Origin: Macrostomum lignano
Lineage: Eukaryota
NCBI GenBank assembly: GCA_002269645.1
Contig: NIVC01000255.1
Span: 186,001 to 250,000, forward strand
DNA length: 64,000 bases
Direction: 5' to 3'
Both the position numbers and the translations under genes were made by a program. The notes under the pieces were generated by a model. It was not told the DNA's origin, made no database searches, and saw nothing but the letters and a program-made list of their open reading frames with translations. Positions 62,103 to 64,000 of this stretch are shown piece after piece (position 1 is the first letter of the stretch; each line of letters begins with the position of its first letter).

Positions 62103-64000
62103 TCAGTTTGAATCCGGATTCGCAAATGGAAAAATTAGGAATGACGATTGTCCTTTTGCGTCTGCATCACCATCTGCATTGAACGCAATGCAGATGGCTT
62201 TGTTAATTGGGATGCCCTCTTCAATTCTGTTCGTTAACCTGTAATACCCGATGCCCAAGTCAGATGATGGGTACGGGTATTCGTATAGGTTGCGGAATAA
62301 TTTTAGAACATTTCCATTGACAATACCACTGGTTAGGTTAGCTGAGTTCACAAGAATAACTTTTTTATTCTCTAGAATAGCACAGTTGTTGGGATTCTTA
62401 TCTGTGAACTTCAAAGCACGCTGCTGCACCATAGAAAATTCCTGACACTGTCGAATCTGATTTTTTATGTGCGAAGCCAAATGTCTTGTTGCTTTAATTC
62501 GTTTCTTGATGACAGACAAATGATTTTCAAAAGGAAATGTAGAAAACGAATCTAAGCAGTCATACATAGTAACAAACTCTGCTAGATGCTGCAGCATATG
62601 GGTGTTAAATGAACATGCTGAACGACTAAATAGCTTCTCTGTATCAAGCACAAATTGGCGAAGGCAAGCTGATGCTGATTGAACAAAGCGAGAACAGTCT
62701 TTCCGACACAGTGAGTAGACAGCAAAATGCAGCAAAAGGAAGTGCTTCCAGTACTCATCTGGGAGAACAGACTTCAGCAAGTATGGGCCATAATATAAAA
62801 GAAAAGAACGAAATTCTGTTGCTTTGAAATGCTTCAACTCGAACGTGGGTCGGATTTTTCTTTGAAACTCATGTGGAACGCTTGATCGTACACTGAGAAT
62901 TTTTGTGTCGATTATCTTTAATTGTGAGCGAGATAATCTGCAAGCAAACCTTGGTCCGTCCATCGAGAAGTAGCAATGAAAAAGTCTCCGAACCACGCCC
63001 AGGCACACGATATGTTGGTAGTCGGGGACGAAACCACTAAAGAACGGAACAACACCAAGCAGAGGAGAGTCTCCCGGAAGCATGTTGCTCTCGGTTCTTG
63101 TCGCATAGTCTTCATTGCTCCTTTTTGGGTGGTCGATTCCCGGAAAAGCAACGTGGTCAGAAATGTACTCTCCTTTGGTTCGACAGTAGGGACATCCAAA
63201 GTACCCTGAATGTGACTTAATGTTCATTACAAAGCTTCGAGCCGGTGCATCACATGAAAATATTATATCTTCGACTTTTATTAGACCTTGAGCACATGGT
63301 AGCCCATTTGAAATAACTTCCCTTAACTCGGCTGAGAATCTTTTCAGCAACTTCTCTCGATCAGGCTTTCCTTGACCACAGTAGAAGGACACGACAACGG
63401 GTTTGGAGTCCTGCAGCTTCATCATTATTGGCCAAATGTTAATTCGACTGCTTCTAAATAATGGAAGACCATCGATGCAAAAACAAATTCTAAGACGGCT
63501 ATAAAAGCAGGATGAGGCGTTTTCCAAGAAATTCATTATCAAGTCTTTGAGTCCAAAATTGTAGTATGTCCCACCAGATAAATCCTTTTCAACTGATCGA
63601 TCGGCGTCTAGCTGGTCAGTCTCTAAGTTCTTCATTTTACCTAACCTTTTAAGCATATGAATTGAAGATGGAGCTTCAACACCGTGCTTTTTCAACACAG
63701 CGAGTAGAAATAGCATGGTGTCTTCACTTAGCTTGAATAAATTGAAGAACAGTAGCAGGTCTTGAGCAAGAGTCGGCGTTTGTTCAACGTCCTGGTTGCT
63801 CAAAGCCTCTTCAAATTCTACGAAGGACTCGTAACTGCTACTATCATAGCTTTCTTGGGCAAAATACGCAGCTACATCATAATATAATTCCTGGTCCTGG
63901 ATGTTATCATCAGCATTTATCACACTTTGATACCCGTTCTCCTCTCTGCTGGCTACCGTGCTTGGTATGTGCTGTTCTGGCTGAGTCACTGTATCTTGAT
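62103..64000 (-). CDS. EnSpm/CACTA transposase (frame open to the window edge)
   Basis: IDGLPLF..S...WPI, CDAPARSF...K.H.GY.GC..C, DYQH.VCLGV, P.EF.RK.R, FKATEFR.FLLY.GP, FN.H.L.HL, S.FPFEN.L..IK. Confidence 0.92.
   Translation of the reverse strand, partial: QDTVTQPEQHIPSTVASREENGYQSVINADDNIQDQELYYDVAAYFAQESYDSSSYESFVEFEEALSNQDVEQTPTLAQDLLLFFNLFKLSEDTMLFLLAVLKKHGVEAPSSIHMLKRLGKMKNLETDQLDADRSVEKDLSGGTYYNFGLKDLIMNFLENASSCFYSRLRICFCIDGLPLFRSSRINIWPIMMKLQDSKPVVVSFYCGQGKPDREKLLKRFSAELREVISNGLPCAQGLIKVEDIIFSCDAPARSFVMNIKSHSGYFGCPYCRTKGEYISDHVAFPGIDHPKRSNEDYATRTESNMLPGDSPLLGVVPFFSGFVPDYQHIVCLGVVRRLFHCYFSMDGPRFACRLSRSQLKIIDTKILSVRSSVPHEFQRKIRPTFELKHFKATEFRSFLLYYGPYLLKSVLPDEYWKHFLLLHFAVYSLCRKDCSRFVQSASACLRQFVLDTEKLFSRSACSFNTHMLQHLAEFVTMYDCLDSFSTFPFENHLSVIKKRIKATRHLASHIKNQIRQCQEFSMVQQRALKFTDKNPNNCAILENKKVILVNSANLTSGIVNGNVLKLFRNLYEYPYPSSDLGIGYYRLTNRIEEGIPINKAICIAFNADGDADAKGQSSFLIFPFANPDSN

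Larger units (their letters stand above)
57760..64000 (-). mobile_element. EnSpm/CACTA (CMC) DNA transposon; one end at about 57760 (CCCGCTG...), other end outside the window
   Basis: Transposase plus a spliced accessory gene. Abrupt junction with pPolB. Subterminal repeats aattctgtga/tgatcgaa at 57770-57855. Confidence 0.8.

Overview
Eukaryotic (animal-type) genomic DNA made almost entirely of nested mobile elements. It also holds two intronless paralogous host-type genes encoding secreted 2xC-type-lectin + LamG-like proteins (867-2495, 23695-25314). Left part: a LOA-type LINE abuts an antisense RTE LINE fragment, which abuts an internally deleted Gypsy. That Gypsy's gag is split by an 8.4-kb Maverick/Polinton deletion derivative (about 0.5-kb TIRs, 6-bp TSD CAAGCC; PC4-like gene, integrase, penton and pPolB fragments). 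Right part (about 25.4-57.8 kb): a second, AT-rich, decayed Polinton/adintovirus-like endogenous virus with major capsid, packaging ATPase, penton, adenain protease, a fiber with two F5/8C-like domains, a pPolB C-terminus and an adjacent J-domain ORF. It can be re-joined across four insertions: an intact BEL/Pao element, a solo LTR, an RTE fragment and a 12.9-kb Gypsy. The 12.9-kb Gypsy itself carries a THAP/P-type DNA transposon and a hAT MITE. The virus is cut off at 57760 by an EnSpm/CACTA transposon that runs off the window. Top leads: a cold-shock domain embedded in the Gypsy gag-pol polyprotein; a hypervariable, non-synonymously diverged C-terminal domain between the lectin paralogs; and the accessory genes and cis-motifs of the endogenous virus. 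All domain calls come from motif recognition by eye; no database searches were run.
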